Sequence record: SRR20825019_389
Strand: one strand, 5' to 3'
Length of the DNA stretch: 55,371 nt
The notes beneath the pieces were generated by a model. It was not told where the DNA came from, made no database searches, and was given only the letters and a program-made list of their open reading frames with translations. A program made the translations under genes and the position numbers. How positions within the stretch are numbered: position 1 is the first letter of the stretch; each line of letters starts with the position of its first letter. This document shows positions 1 to 8,518 of the stretch, piece after piece.

Positions 1-565
1 GCCTGTAAAAATCAGACTACAAAGACACGGAAAGAAAGGGAAGCCTTATTTCTGGATCATCGCGGCAGACAGCCGTAGCAAAAGAGATGGTAAATTTCTT
101 GAAAAATTAGGATTTTACAATCCAACAACTAACCCTGCACAGATTGACCTTAACGTTGACAGCGCTGTAAAATGGCTTCAAAATGGAGCACAACCTACAG
201 ATACTGCACGTGCTATTCTTTCTTACAAAGGAGCATTAATGAAAAATCACCTTGCTGGTGGTGTTCGTAAAGGCGCTTTAACTGAAGAACAAGCAGAAGC
301 AAAATTTAACGAGTGGTTGGAAAGCAAAAAAGGATCTATTGATCATAAGAAAGCAACACTTTCTGATGCACAACAAAAAGCAAAAGCAGAAGCACTTGCT
401 GCTGAAAAAGCAGTAAACGAAAAACGTGCTGCTGATGCTGCCGCTGCTGCAGCTCCTGCTGTTGAAGAGGCTGCGGAAGAAGCTGAAGCTACAGAAGCAA
501 TTGAAACTGCTACAGAGGAAGCTCCAGTCGCAGAAACATCTGCTGAAGAAGAAAAAGAAGCTTAA
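1..565 (+). CDS. rpsP: 30S ribosomal protein S16 with long acidic Ala/Glu C-terminal extension (5' partial; only the G of the presumed ATG is in the window)
   Basis: Frame 2 from base 2 reads PVKIRLQRHGKKGKPYFWIIAADSRSKRDGKFLEKLGFYNP, the S16 signature, continuous with ORF 239..565; followed by rimM. Confidence 0.97.
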   Translation, partial: PVKIRLQRHGKKGKPYFWIIAADSRSKRDGKFLEKLGFYNPTTNPAQIDLNVDSAVKWLQNGAQPTDTARAILSYKGALMKNHLAGGVRKGALTEEQAEAKFNEWLESKKGSIDHKKATLSDAQQKAKAEALAAEKAVNEKRAADAAAAAAPAVEEAAEEAEATEAIETATEEAPVAETSAEEEKEA

Positions 566-577
566 AAATTTAAGACG

Positions 578-1102
578 ATGCAAAAGGAGAATTGCTTCTA
601 CTTAGGCAAAATCGTTAAAAAATATAGCTTTAAAGGGGAACTGCTCATTAAACTTGATACAGACGAACCTCAACTTTTTACTGAAATGGAATCAGTTTTT
701 GTGGAACGACGCAAAAACTTGATTCCATTTTTTATTGAAGAAAGCTCGCTACATAAAAGCGAATTACTACGTGTGCGTTTTGAAAACGTAGCCAATGAAG
801 AAGATGCAAACGCTTTAATAGGCGCGCACCTTTATCTTCCTTTAGAATTTTTACCACCACTTAGCGGTAATAAATTTTATTATCACGAAATTATTGATTT
901 TTCTGCTGAAGATGAACGTTTTGGGAAAATCGGTAAAATTACTGGTGTAAATGATACAACTTCACAAGCATTATTCGAGATTGATCGCGACGGAAAACAG
1001 ATTTTAATCCCGATGATAGATCATTTTATCCTAAAAGTAGATCGCGAGAACAAAACAATACTTTTAAATGTTCCCGAAGGCTTAATTGAAATGTACCTTT
1101 AG
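578..1102 (+). CDS. rimM: Ribosome maturation factor RimM
   Basis: LGKIVKKYSFKGEL N-terminus, FYYHEII, ILIP PRC-barrel end; directly after rpsP. Confidence 0.95.
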   Translation: MQKENCFYLGKIVKKYSFKGELLIKLDTDEPQLFTEMESVFVERRKNLIPFFIEESSLHKSELLRVRFENVANEEDANALIGAHLYLPLEFLPPLSGNKFYYHEIIDFSAEDERFGKIGKITGVNDTTSQALFEIDRDGKQILIPMIDHFILKVDRENKTILLNVPEGLIEMYL

Positions 1103-1162
1103 GTATTGAAATTTCAAATTGCAAGCAAAAACCTTAATTTTCAATCCCAAACCTAACATCTT

Positions 1163-1873
1163 TTGAAGCCTTTCAAATTTAAAAAATTTACTGTAGCGCA
1201 AGACCGTTGTGCTATGAAAATAGGTACAGACGGGGTTTTGCTTGGTGCTTGGACTTCCATAAAACACAAGCCATTTTCTATTTTAGATATTGGCGCTGGC
1301 ACAGGCATAATTGCCTTGCAGTTGGCACAACGAAGTAATGCTGAAGTTATAGATGCCATAGAGATTGATGAAAATGCCTATGAGCAGTGCGTTGATAATT
1401 TTGAAAATGCAGCTTGGGGCGATCGGCTTTTCTGTTATCACGCTTCTTTAGATGAATTTGCGGATGAAATCGAAGATAAATATGATCTTATCGTTTCCAA
1501 CCCACCATTTTATTCTGAAGACTATAAAACAACTAATGAATCTCGTGATTTAGCAAGATTTAATGATGCGCTCCCATTTGATGAATTAATTGCATACACC
1601 TCTAGATTACTTTCAGAGGAAGGAATATTTTCAGTTATTATTCCTAAAAAAGAGGAAGTACGTTTTATTGAAATGGCTTCTGAAGTAAATTTATTTCCAA
1701 AAAGAATTTGCAGAGTTCGCGGCACAGAAACTTCCGAGGAAAAAAGAAGTATGCTTGAGTTTTCATTCATAAAAACAGATATTGATTTAGAAAATTTAAC
1801 CATCGAAATTTCAAGGCATAGTTATACAGAAGACTACAAAAAACTGGTAGCGGATTTTTATCTGAAAATGTAG
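1163..1873 (+). CDS. tRNA1(Val) (adenine37-N6)-methyltransferase (TrmN6/YfiC family)
   Basis: FKFKKFTVAQDRCAMKIGTDGVLLGAW, LDIGAGTG SAM motif, SNPPF catalytic motif; TTG start. Confidence 0.9.
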   Translation: MKPFKFKKFTVAQDRCAMKIGTDGVLLGAWTSIKHKPFSILDIGAGTGIIALQLAQRSNAEVIDAIEIDENAYEQCVDNFENAAWGDRLFCYHASLDEFADEIEDKYDLIVSNPPFYSEDYKTTNESRDLARFNDALPFDELIAYTSRLLSEEGIFSVIIPKKEEVRFIEMASEVNLFPKRICRVRGTETSEEKRSMLEFSFIKTDIDLENLTIEISRHSYTEDYKKLVADFYLKM

Positions 1874-1924
1874 GTGTTTATAGTTGTGATTTCTACATTT
1901 GTACTCCTTACTAATTTATAAACT

Positions 1925-3103
1925 ATGAAACCAGATTTATTTGAAGCACCAGATTACTATAATCTTGACGAACTTCTTTCCGATGAACACAAGTTGGTAC
2001 GCCAAGCGGCCCGAGATTGGGTAAAAAGAGATGTGTCACCTATCATAGAAGAATATGCTCAAAAGGCAGAATTTCCTTCACAAATAATAAACGGACTTGC
2101 CGAGATTGGTGCTTTTGGCCCCTATATTCCTGAAGAATATGGCGGTGCTGGTCTCGATCAAATTTCATATGGACTGATAATGCAAGAAATTGAACGTGGC
2201 GATAGTGGTGTTCGGAGTACTGCGTCTGTTCAATCTTCATTAGTAATGTACCCAATTTGGAAATATGGAAATGAGGAACAACGAAAAAAATACCTTCCAA
2301 AACTAGCATCTGGAGAGTGGATTGGTTGTTTTGGACTTACGGAGCCAGACCACGGTAGTAATCCGGGTGGTATGACCACTAATTTTAAAGATAATGGAGA
2401 TCATTATATATTAAACGGTGCTAAAATGTGGATTAGCAATGCTCCTTTTGCACAGATCGCTGTTGTATGGGCAAAAAATGAAGAAGGCAGAATACACGGA
2501 TTAATTGTTGAGCGTGGTATGGAAGGTTTTAGCACGCCAGAAACACATAACAAATGGTCACTTCGTGCTTCAGCAACAGGTGAGCTTATTTTTGATAATG
2601 TAAAAGTACCTAAAGAAAATCTTCTTCCTAACAAATCTGGTTTGGGGGCGCCACTTGGCTGTCTTGATTCCGCACGTTATGGAATTGCTTGGGGAGCAAT
2701 CGGTGCCGCAATGGACTGCTATGACACGGCATTACGGTATTCAAAAGAACGAATTCAGTTTGGCAAACCAATTGGACAGTTTCAACTTCAGCAGAAAAAA
2801 CTAGCTGAAATGATTACTGAAATTACCAAAGCACAATTATTAACATGGAGGTTGGGTGTACTGCGAAATGCTGGAACTGCAACTAGCGCTCAGATTTCAA
2901 TGGCAAAACGAAACAATGTAGACATGGCAATACACATTGCCCGCGAAGCAAGACAAATGCTTGGTGGAATGGGTATAACTGGCGAATACAGTATTATGCG
3001 CCACTCCATGAATCTTGAAAGTGTTATTACTTATGAAGGAACACACGATATACACCTACTCATTACAGGGCTTGATATTACCGGGCTCAATGCTTTCGGA
3101 TAA
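1925..3103 (+). CDS. Acyl-CoA dehydrogenase, glutaryl-CoA dehydrogenase type
   Basis: GCFGLTEPDHGS, YEGTHDIH and LGGMGITGEY motifs typical of GCDH. Confidence 0.88.
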   Translation: MKPDLFEAPDYYNLDELLSDEHKLVRQAARDWVKRDVSPIIEEYAQKAEFPSQIINGLAEIGAFGPYIPEEYGGAGLDQISYGLIMQEIERGDSGVRSTASVQSSLVMYPIWKYGNEEQRKKYLPKLASGEWIGCFGLTEPDHGSNPGGMTTNFKDNGDHYILNGAKMWISNAPFAQIAVVWAKNEEGRIHGLIVERGMEGFSTPETHNKWSLRASATGELIFDNVKVPKENLLPNKSGLGAPLGCLDSARYGIAWGAIGAAMDCYDTALRYSKERIQFGKPIGQFQLQQKKLAEMITEITKAQLLTWRLGVLRNAGTATSAQISMAKRNNVDMAIHIAREARQMLGGMGITGEYSIMRHSMNLESVITYEGTHDIHLLITGLDITGLNAFG

Positions 3104-3111
3104 CAAATTAT

Positions 3112-3144
3112 AAAAACGGCCAACTTAAAAGTTTGGCCGTTTTT
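3112..3144 (+). terminator. Intrinsic terminator
   Basis: AAAAACGGCCAA-loop-TTGGCCGTTTTT just after the dehydrogenase stop. Confidence 0.85.
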
Positions 3145-3195
3145 GATTAAGAATATCAATTAAATAGTTTAATTTAATATTTTTCAAATAGATAT

Positions 3196-3221
3196 GTGAC
3201 TTTTATTTTTTTTTGTGTCTA
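3196..3221 (+). promoter_or_regulatory. Putative ECF-sigma promoter, copy 1 (GTGAC-N16-GTCTA)
   Basis: GTGACTTTT...TGTGTC about 30 nt upstream of the ECF sigma gene; repeated at 4836..4861. Confidence 0.6.
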
Positions 3222-3250
3222 ATAAGGCAGATATAACACTCAGGCAATAA

Positions 3251-3817
3251 ATGCAGCGCCAAAATAAAGATAATGAATTAGATGACGCAGAGCTGGTCTC
3301 GAAGATTGTTGCTAGAAATGACACTCATTTATTTGCGATATTATATGACAGGTATGCTGAAGCTGTATATGGTAAATGCTTTAGTTTTTCGAAATCTGCG
3401 GAAGAAGCACAAGATTTAACACATGATATTTTTATCAAATTATTTTTAAAGCTTCGCACTTTTAAAGGAGATTCAAAATTTTCCACTTGGCTTTATTCTT
3501 TTACGTATAATTTTTGTTTGAACTACGTAACGCGAGATCAGAAAAAGAAAAAGGATAAATTCACTCCATTATTACACGAAAATTACAACATACATAACGA
3601 GATTCCTGATGAGGATATTTATCAGATGAAAGCAGAAAAACTTGTGCTTTCATTAGAAAAAATAGATCCTGACGACAAAATGATTCTGTTGATGAAATAT
3701 CAGGATGATTTTACAATTCAAGACCTTCAAAAAGGATTAGAAATTGGAGAAAGCGCAGTTAAAATGCGCTTAAAAAGAGCAAAAGAAAGATTAATACTGG
3801 TTTACAACGAAATATAA
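3251..3817 (+). CDS. ECF-type RNA polymerase sigma-70 factor
   Basis: Region 2 (AQDLTHDIFIKLF, KFSTWLY) and region 4 (ESAVKMRLKRAK). Confidence 0.92.
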   Translation: MQRQNKDNELDDAELVSKIVARNDTHLFAILYDRYAEAVYGKCFSFSKSAEEAQDLTHDIFIKLFLKLRTFKGDSKFSTWLYSFTYNFCLNYVTRDQKKKKDKFTPLLHENYNIHNEIPDEDIYQMKAEKLVLSLEKIDPDDKMILLMKYQDDFTIQDLQKGLEIGESAVKMRLKRAKERLILVYNEI

Positions 3818-3823
3818 GAAATT

Positions 3824-4003
3824 ATGGAAAACCCGTTTAAAACGATAATAGTAGATAACAAACTGCCAGACACTTTAAAAGATAAGGTGCTGAACAATGT
3901 TGCAGTTATAAAATTGATTTTGGATATCGCAGATTTAACTTTAATAAAGTATCCATCAACAATTGAAGACTTATACAAGACTACAAAACCTAAAAAGAAA
4001 TAA
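3824..4003 (+). CDS. 59-aa small protein, candidate anti-sigma or accessory factor (not in ORF track)
   Basis: Hand translation MENPFKTIIVDNKLPDTLKDKVLNNVAVIKLILDIADLTLIKYPSTIEDLYKTTKPKKK*; fills the gap between the sigma and the channel gene with 6- and 12-nt spacers. Confidence 0.75.
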   Translation: MENPFKTIIVDNKLPDTLKDKVLNNVAVIKLILDIADLTLIKYPSTIEDLYKTTKPKKK

Positions 4004-4015
4004 ACCAACCATACC

Positions 4016-4822
4016 ATGAAAATAGATCTAACTTTATTTGACGACTTACAAGCTTTCGTTATAAATAGCCTCCCACGAATAATTGGGGTTATAGTGTATA
4101 TAATTTTAGCATGGCTTATTTTAAAAATCCTTCAAATTGTATTCAAAAGAATATTAAAATCATTAAAAATTGAAACTTTAAACAATAAAATCAATGATAA
4201 TGATTTTATAAAAGGATTTCGCTTCGATATAAACCTATCCAAGATTATTCTCTTTTTTATAAAATGGTTAGCAATATTAGTACTAATTATTATTGGCGCA
4301 GATATCTTTAATATGGAAAAGGTTTCTGAAGGAGTTGGCGAAATTATCAACTTTCTTCCTACATTATTATCTGCTCTTTTAATAGTTATTATTGGAATAT
4401 TTTTAGGGTCTTATTTCAAAAAAGGAATAAAATTAATGCTCACTTCTTTTGACATTAATGGATCAAATGCAATTAGCTCGATAGTTTTTTACATCATTCT
4501 AGTTATCACTTTTATTATCGCATTAAACCAATTAGGTGTTAATACAGATATCATCACAAACAACTTAACTATTATACTTGGCGCTTTACTGGCTGCTTCT
4601 ACACTTGCTATTGGCCTAGGTTCTCGCGATGTAATTCAAAGATTAATTTTTGGATTTTATTCAAGGAAAAATTTTGAAATAGGTCAAAAAATACGAATTA
4701 AAAACCAAGAAGGCTATATTGTTCATATTGACAATATCACCCTTATTTTGCAGGCTGAAGACAAGAAAATCGTCTATCCTATAAAAACGATTGTCAACCA
4801 AAAAATAGAAATTTTAGAATAA
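4016..4822 (+). CDS. Mechanosensitive channel (MscS)-family / TM-helix repeat membrane protein
   Basis: Multiple hydrophobic helices, ALNQLGVNTDII, AIGLGSRD, C-terminal beta domain FEIGQKIRI. Confidence 0.8.
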   Translation: MKIDLTLFDDLQAFVINSLPRIIGVIVYIILAWLILKILQIVFKRILKSLKIETLNNKINDNDFIKGFRFDINLSKIILFFIKWLAILVLIIIGADIFNMEKVSEGVGEIINFLPTLLSALLIVIIGIFLGSYFKKGIKLMLTSFDINGSNAISSIVFYIILVITFIIALNQLGVNTDIITNNLTIILGALLAASTLAIGLGSRDVIQRLIFGFYSRKNFEIGQKIRIKNQEGYIVHIDNITLILQAEDKKIVYPIKTIVNQKIEILE

Positions 4823-4835
4823 TTTTTAAAAATAA

Positions 4836-4861
4836 GTGACTTTTTAAAAAACACTGTGTCA
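4836..4861 (+). promoter_or_regulatory. Putative ECF-sigma promoter, copy 2 (GTGAC-N17-GTCA)
   Basis: GTGACTTTT...TGTGTC matches the motif upstream of the ECF gene; precedes small ORF 4920..5060. Confidence 0.55.
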
Positions 4862-4919
4862 TAATATATAAATAAAGCAATCTAAACCTCAACTTGAGAT
4901 TGCTATTAAAAATTTGTAT

Positions 4920-5060
4920 ATGATGTTATTTTATCCAATTCTAGCTTTTGGGATAGTAATTTTGATTCTATTGATCATATTCTTTATTAAAAGTATTAAA
5001 GTGAATAGAGAGATTAGAAAAGCTCCTTATTTCGCTGAATATATAAAAGCAAATAAATAA
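4920..5060 (+). CDS. 46-aa single-pass membrane protein (not in ORF track)
   Basis: MMLFYPILAFGIVILILLIIFFIKSIKVNREIRKAPYFAEYIKANK*; hydrophobic helix then basic tail, between a promoter-like motif and a terminator. Confidence 0.5.
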   Translation: MMLFYPILAFGIVILILLIIFFIKSIKVNREIRKAPYFAEYIKANK

Positions 5061-5124
5061 AAAATTACACTTAAGGAATTATCCCCCTGGTTATGTAGAT
5101 ATCCATAGATTTATATAACCTCTC

Positions 5125-5149
5125 AAGCCCAGTTTTACTGGGCTTTTTT
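5125..5149 (+). terminator. Intrinsic terminator
   Basis: AAGCCCAGT-TTT-ACTGGGCTT followed by T tract. Confidence 0.85.
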
Positions 5150-5224
5150 ATTTTTATTTCTTATTTCATTTCAAGCATTTTTCTAAAGATCTTTTCAAAT
5201 TGTATCTTTAAAAAAAAATGCAGC

Positions 5225-6121
5225 ATGTCCTCAAAATCTAGAATGTACCGCGCATACCAAACTGCAAGGCGTATAACATTCAATAACGATTCAAAATTTA
5301 TCATCTTCAGTGATTGCCATCGTGGCGACAACAGTTTTGCAGATGATTTTGCCAACAACCGCAATATCTATTTTCATGCACTTCAAGATTATTATAAAAA
5401 TGGGTTTACTTATTGTGAATTAGGTGATGGAGATGAACTTTGGGAAAATCTTTTTTTTAAGGATGTTTTTGAAGCTCATCAAAATGTTTTTGAACTAATG
5501 AAGCTTTTCTTTGTAGAAAACAGACTTTATAGATTAGTTGGCAATCACGATATGGTTTATTCAAATAAAAAATATGTTGAAAAAAACCTTTATACCTATT
5601 TCGATAAAGTTACCGGAAAAGATGCTCCTTTATTTCCTGGTATTGAATTTACGGAAGGATTAATTTTAGAACACGAACAAACTGGGCAAGAAATTTTTAT
5701 GATGCACGGTCATCAAGCAGACTGGATGAATTATGTAGGCTGGAAATTCAACCGTTTTATGGTTCGAGCAGTTTGGCGACAGCTTCAAATATTTGGTATT
5801 GGAGACCCTACAAGTCCTGCAAAAAATTATAAAGAACTCATTAAAGTTGAAAGACGTACCAAAAGATGGATTGTTGAAAATAAAAATCTCTTTACAATAA
5901 TTGGCCACACCCATCGACCACGATTTCCAGAACCAGGTGATATTGCATTGTTTAATGATGGTAGCTGTGTCCACCCACGAAGCATAACTGGATTGGAGAT
6001 TGAAAATGGCGAAATTTCATTAATTAAATGGCTAATTTCAACAACAGAAGAAGGCGTTCTAAAAGTGTCTAAAGTTTTACTTGAAGGACCTCAAAAATTA
6101 ATTGATTATAAAACTGGATAA
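5225..6121 (+). CDS. Calcineurin-like metallophosphoesterase
   Basis: SDCH, GDGDE, GNHD, HGH and GHTH metal-binding motifs. Confidence 0.85.
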   Translation: MSSKSRMYRAYQTARRITFNNDSKFIIFSDCHRGDNSFADDFANNRNIYFHALQDYYKNGFTYCELGDGDELWENLFFKDVFEAHQNVFELMKLFFVENRLYRLVGNHDMVYSNKKYVEKNLYTYFDKVTGKDAPLFPGIEFTEGLILEHEQTGQEIFMMHGHQADWMNYVGWKFNRFMVRAVWRQLQIFGIGDPTSPAKNYKELIKVERRTKRWIVENKNLFTIIGHTHRPRFPEPGDIALFNDGSCVHPRSITGLEIENGEISLIKWLISTTEEGVLKVSKVLLEGPQKLIDYKTG

Positions 6122-6125
6122 TATC

Positions 6126-6824
6126 ATGAAGTCAATATACTTTAAAACTGCACTTATACTATTTATTTTTAGTCCACTTTCATGTGCTGTTTTAAAAAAG
6201 AGCATGCCTTCGGAAAAATCAGCGAATAGCTATTTAGCGCTTGGTGATAGTTATACCATTGGTGAAAGTGTTTGCACTAACTGCAATTATCCGACGCAGT
6301 TAACAGCTAGTTTAAATAAAACTTTAAAAGAAAAAACTTCAGTAAAAATAATTGCTAAAACGGGTTGGACAACTACAGATTTACTTTCTGCAATTTCGCA
6401 AGAAAATCCTACTACAAACTACAAATTGGTTAGCTTGCTTATTGGTGTAAACAATCAATACCAAGGAAAACCATTTTCAATCTATGAAGAAGAATTTCCA
6501 AAACTTGTTGATATGGCTATAAATTTTGCTGGTGGAAAAGCTGAAAATGTAATTATACTTTCTATTCCAGATTATGGTTTTACACCTTTCGGGCAGAAAT
6601 CTGGTAAAGCTAAAAAAATTACAACCGAATTAGAACGCTATAATACTTTTGCTAATAAAATTGCTATTGAAAAAGGCGTGCAATTTAAAAACATAACTCC
6701 AATCACTCAAAAAGGATTGGAAAACCCAGAATTAGTTGCTTCTGATGGTTTACACCCTTCTGAAATTGCCTATGAAAAGTTTGTTGAAATAATTTTTAAG
6801 AGTGCTTTAAAAATAATTCGCTAA
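6126..6824 (+). CDS. SGNH/GDSL hydrolase, probable lipoprotein
   Basis: ALGDSYT, IGVNN, DGLHP; signal peptide ending LSC when started at ATG 6126. Confidence 0.88.
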   Translation: MKSIYFKTALILFIFSPLSCAVLKKSMPSEKSANSYLALGDSYTIGESVCTNCNYPTQLTASLNKTLKEKTSVKIIAKTGWTTTDLLSAISQENPTTNYKLVSLLIGVNNQYQGKPFSIYEEEFPKLVDMAINFAGGKAENVIILSIPDYGFTPFGQKSGKAKKITTELERYNTFANKIAIEKGVQFKNITPITQKGLENPELVASDGLHPSEIAYEKFVEIIFKSALKIIR

Positions 6825-7150
6825 GCTTCAGGTGCTAGTTCCACTTGCAATCCAGCAAGTTCTTCCTTTATAAAAATTTGACATCCAAGACGACTGTTTT
6901 CTTTTACATGAAACGCTTCAGCAAGCATCAAATCTTCATCATAACTTAGCTCAGGCAGTTCATGATCACTTAAAACATAGCATTGGCAAGATGCGCACAT
7001 TGCCATTCCACCACAGATTCCGATAGTTCCTTCTGGTGCCAATTCATACGAACGCACCAACTCCATCAAATTCATATTCATATCGGTCGGCGCATCTACT
7101 TGGTGTTCCACGCCTTGACGGTCTATGATTGTAATTTTTATGTCGCTCAT
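6821..7150 (-). CDS. fdx: 2Fe-2S ferredoxin (adrenodoxin type)
   Basis: CGGMAMCASC...SRLGCQ. Confidence 0.9.
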   Translation of the reverse strand: MSDIKITIIDRQGVEHQVDAPTDMNMNLMELVRSYELAPEGTIGICGGMAMCASCQCYVLSDHELPELSYDEDLMLAEAFHVKENSRLGCQIFIKEELAGLQVELAPEA

Positions 7151-7153
7151 TAT

Positions 7154-8206
7154 TTAATCAATTGACTTAACTACTGCTTTAGGAGCTTCTTTTTTGCTGC
7201 CATCAAAACCTTCTACTCCACCAACGGTAGTGTACTTCATAACATAACGCTTGTCTGGGAAAATCCGCTGATAAGCACTTTGACACATTAATGTAGCTTC
7301 ATGAAATCCGCAAAGAATTAGTTTTAACTTTCCAGGATATGTATTTACATCTCCAATTGCGTATATGCCAGGAACATTTGTTTGGTAGTCTAAGGTATTA
7401 TCTACTTTAATAGCGTTTTTTTCAATTTCAAGTCCCCAGTCTGCAATTGGCCCAAGTTTTGGTGCTAATCCGAAAAGTGGAATAAAGTGGTCACATTCAC
7501 GATTAAAAACTTCTGCGCCTCGTTTTATAACAACTTCTTCTAAGGTATTGTTTCCAACTAAGCCAACAACTTCTGCAGGGGTAATTAATTCAATTTTTCC
7601 AAGATTTTTTAGTTCTTGTACTTTATCTACACTATCTAACGCACCTCGAAATTCATTTCTTCTATGCACCAAGGTTACGCTTTTAGCAATATCAGTTAAA
7701 AATATACTCCAATCTAAGGCAGAATCGCCTCCTCCAGATATAACTACATTTTTATCTCGGTATAATTCAGGATCACGAATAATATATTCAACCCCTTTGT
7801 CTTCAAAGCTTGATAGATTGGTAATTGGTGGCTTGCGAGGTTCAAAACTTCCTAATCCACCAGCAATTGCAATAATTGGTGCATGGTGCTTTGTTCCTTT
7901 ATCCGTAGTAACTATAAAAGAGCCATCATCTAATTTTTCAATGGTATCAGCACGTTCACCCAATGTAAAACCTGGTTGAAAAGGCTCGATTTGTTTCATC
8001 AAATTTTTCACTAAATCGCCAGCAAGAACTTCTGGGAAACCTGGAATATCGTAAATAGGTTTTTTTGGATATATTTCAGAACACTGTCCGCCAGCTTGGG
8101 GAAGCGCGTCAATTAAATGACATTTCAGTTTAAGTAATCCTGCTTCAAAAACAGCGAAAAGACCGGTGGGTCCAGCGCCTATAATGAGAATATCTGTTTT
8201 TATCAT
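7154..8206 (-). CDS. Thioredoxin-reductase-type ferredoxin-NADP+ reductase
   Basis: GAGPTG FAD motif, YPKKPIYDIPG, GGGDSA; no CxxC; adjacent to ferredoxin. Confidence 0.88.
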   Translation of the reverse strand: MIKTDILIIGAGPTGLFAVFEAGLLKLKCHLIDALPQAGGQCSEIYPKKPIYDIPGFPEVLAGDLVKNLMKQIEPFQPGFTLGERADTIEKLDDGSFIVTTDKGTKHHAPIIAIAGGLGSFEPRKPPITNLSSFEDKGVEYIIRDPELYRDKNVVISGGGDSALDWSIFLTDIAKSVTLVHRRNEFRGALDSVDKVQELKNLGKIELITPAEVVGLVGNNTLEEVVIKRGAEVFNRECDHFIPLFGLAPKLGPIADWGLEIEKNAIKVDNTLDYQTNVPGIYAIGDVNTYPGKLKLILCGFHEATLMCQSAYQRIFPDKRYVMKYTTVGGVEGFDGSKKEAPKAVVKSID

Positions 8207-8274
8207 GAAAGACTATCTCTTAATTTTATATCAGAAAGTTAGTTGAGCATTGCTTAAAAAATGACTAACAATCA

Positions 8275-8517
8275 TTATTCTGATACATTTATCACTTTTT
8301 CAATTTGCGGTGCGAATTTTTTAATGGTCATTTCCACACCACTTTTCAGTGTCATTTGGTTTACGGAACAGCCAACACAAGCACCTTGTAATTGTACGTT
8401 TACTATTTTCCCATCTTCAATGGAAATAAGCGAAATATCGCCTCCATCATTTTGCAAAAATGGACGGATTTCGTCTAAAGCTTCTTCTACTTTTGTGTTT
8501 AGTTCCTGCGTTGTCAT
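8275..8517 (-). CDS. NifU/Nfu-type Fe-S carrier
   Basis: IRPFLQNDGGD, GACVGC. Confidence 0.9.
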   Translation of the reverse strand: MTTQELNTKVEEALDEIRPFLQNDGGDISLISIEDGKIVNVQLQGACVGCSVNQMTLKSGVEMTIKKFAPQIEKVINVSE

Positions 8518-8518
8518 A

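Noticed and set aside
380-562. GCT/GAA-rich low-complexity tract
   Set aside because: Encodes the Ala/Glu tail of S16, usual in Bacteroidota; not a DNA repeat element
1103-1162. Possible tRNA after rimM
   Set aside because: Only 60 AT-rich nt, with no cloverleaf or T-loop motif
3802-4017. 71-aa minus-strand ORF in the track
   Set aside because: The plus-strand 59-aa ORF fits the operon spacing and orientation better
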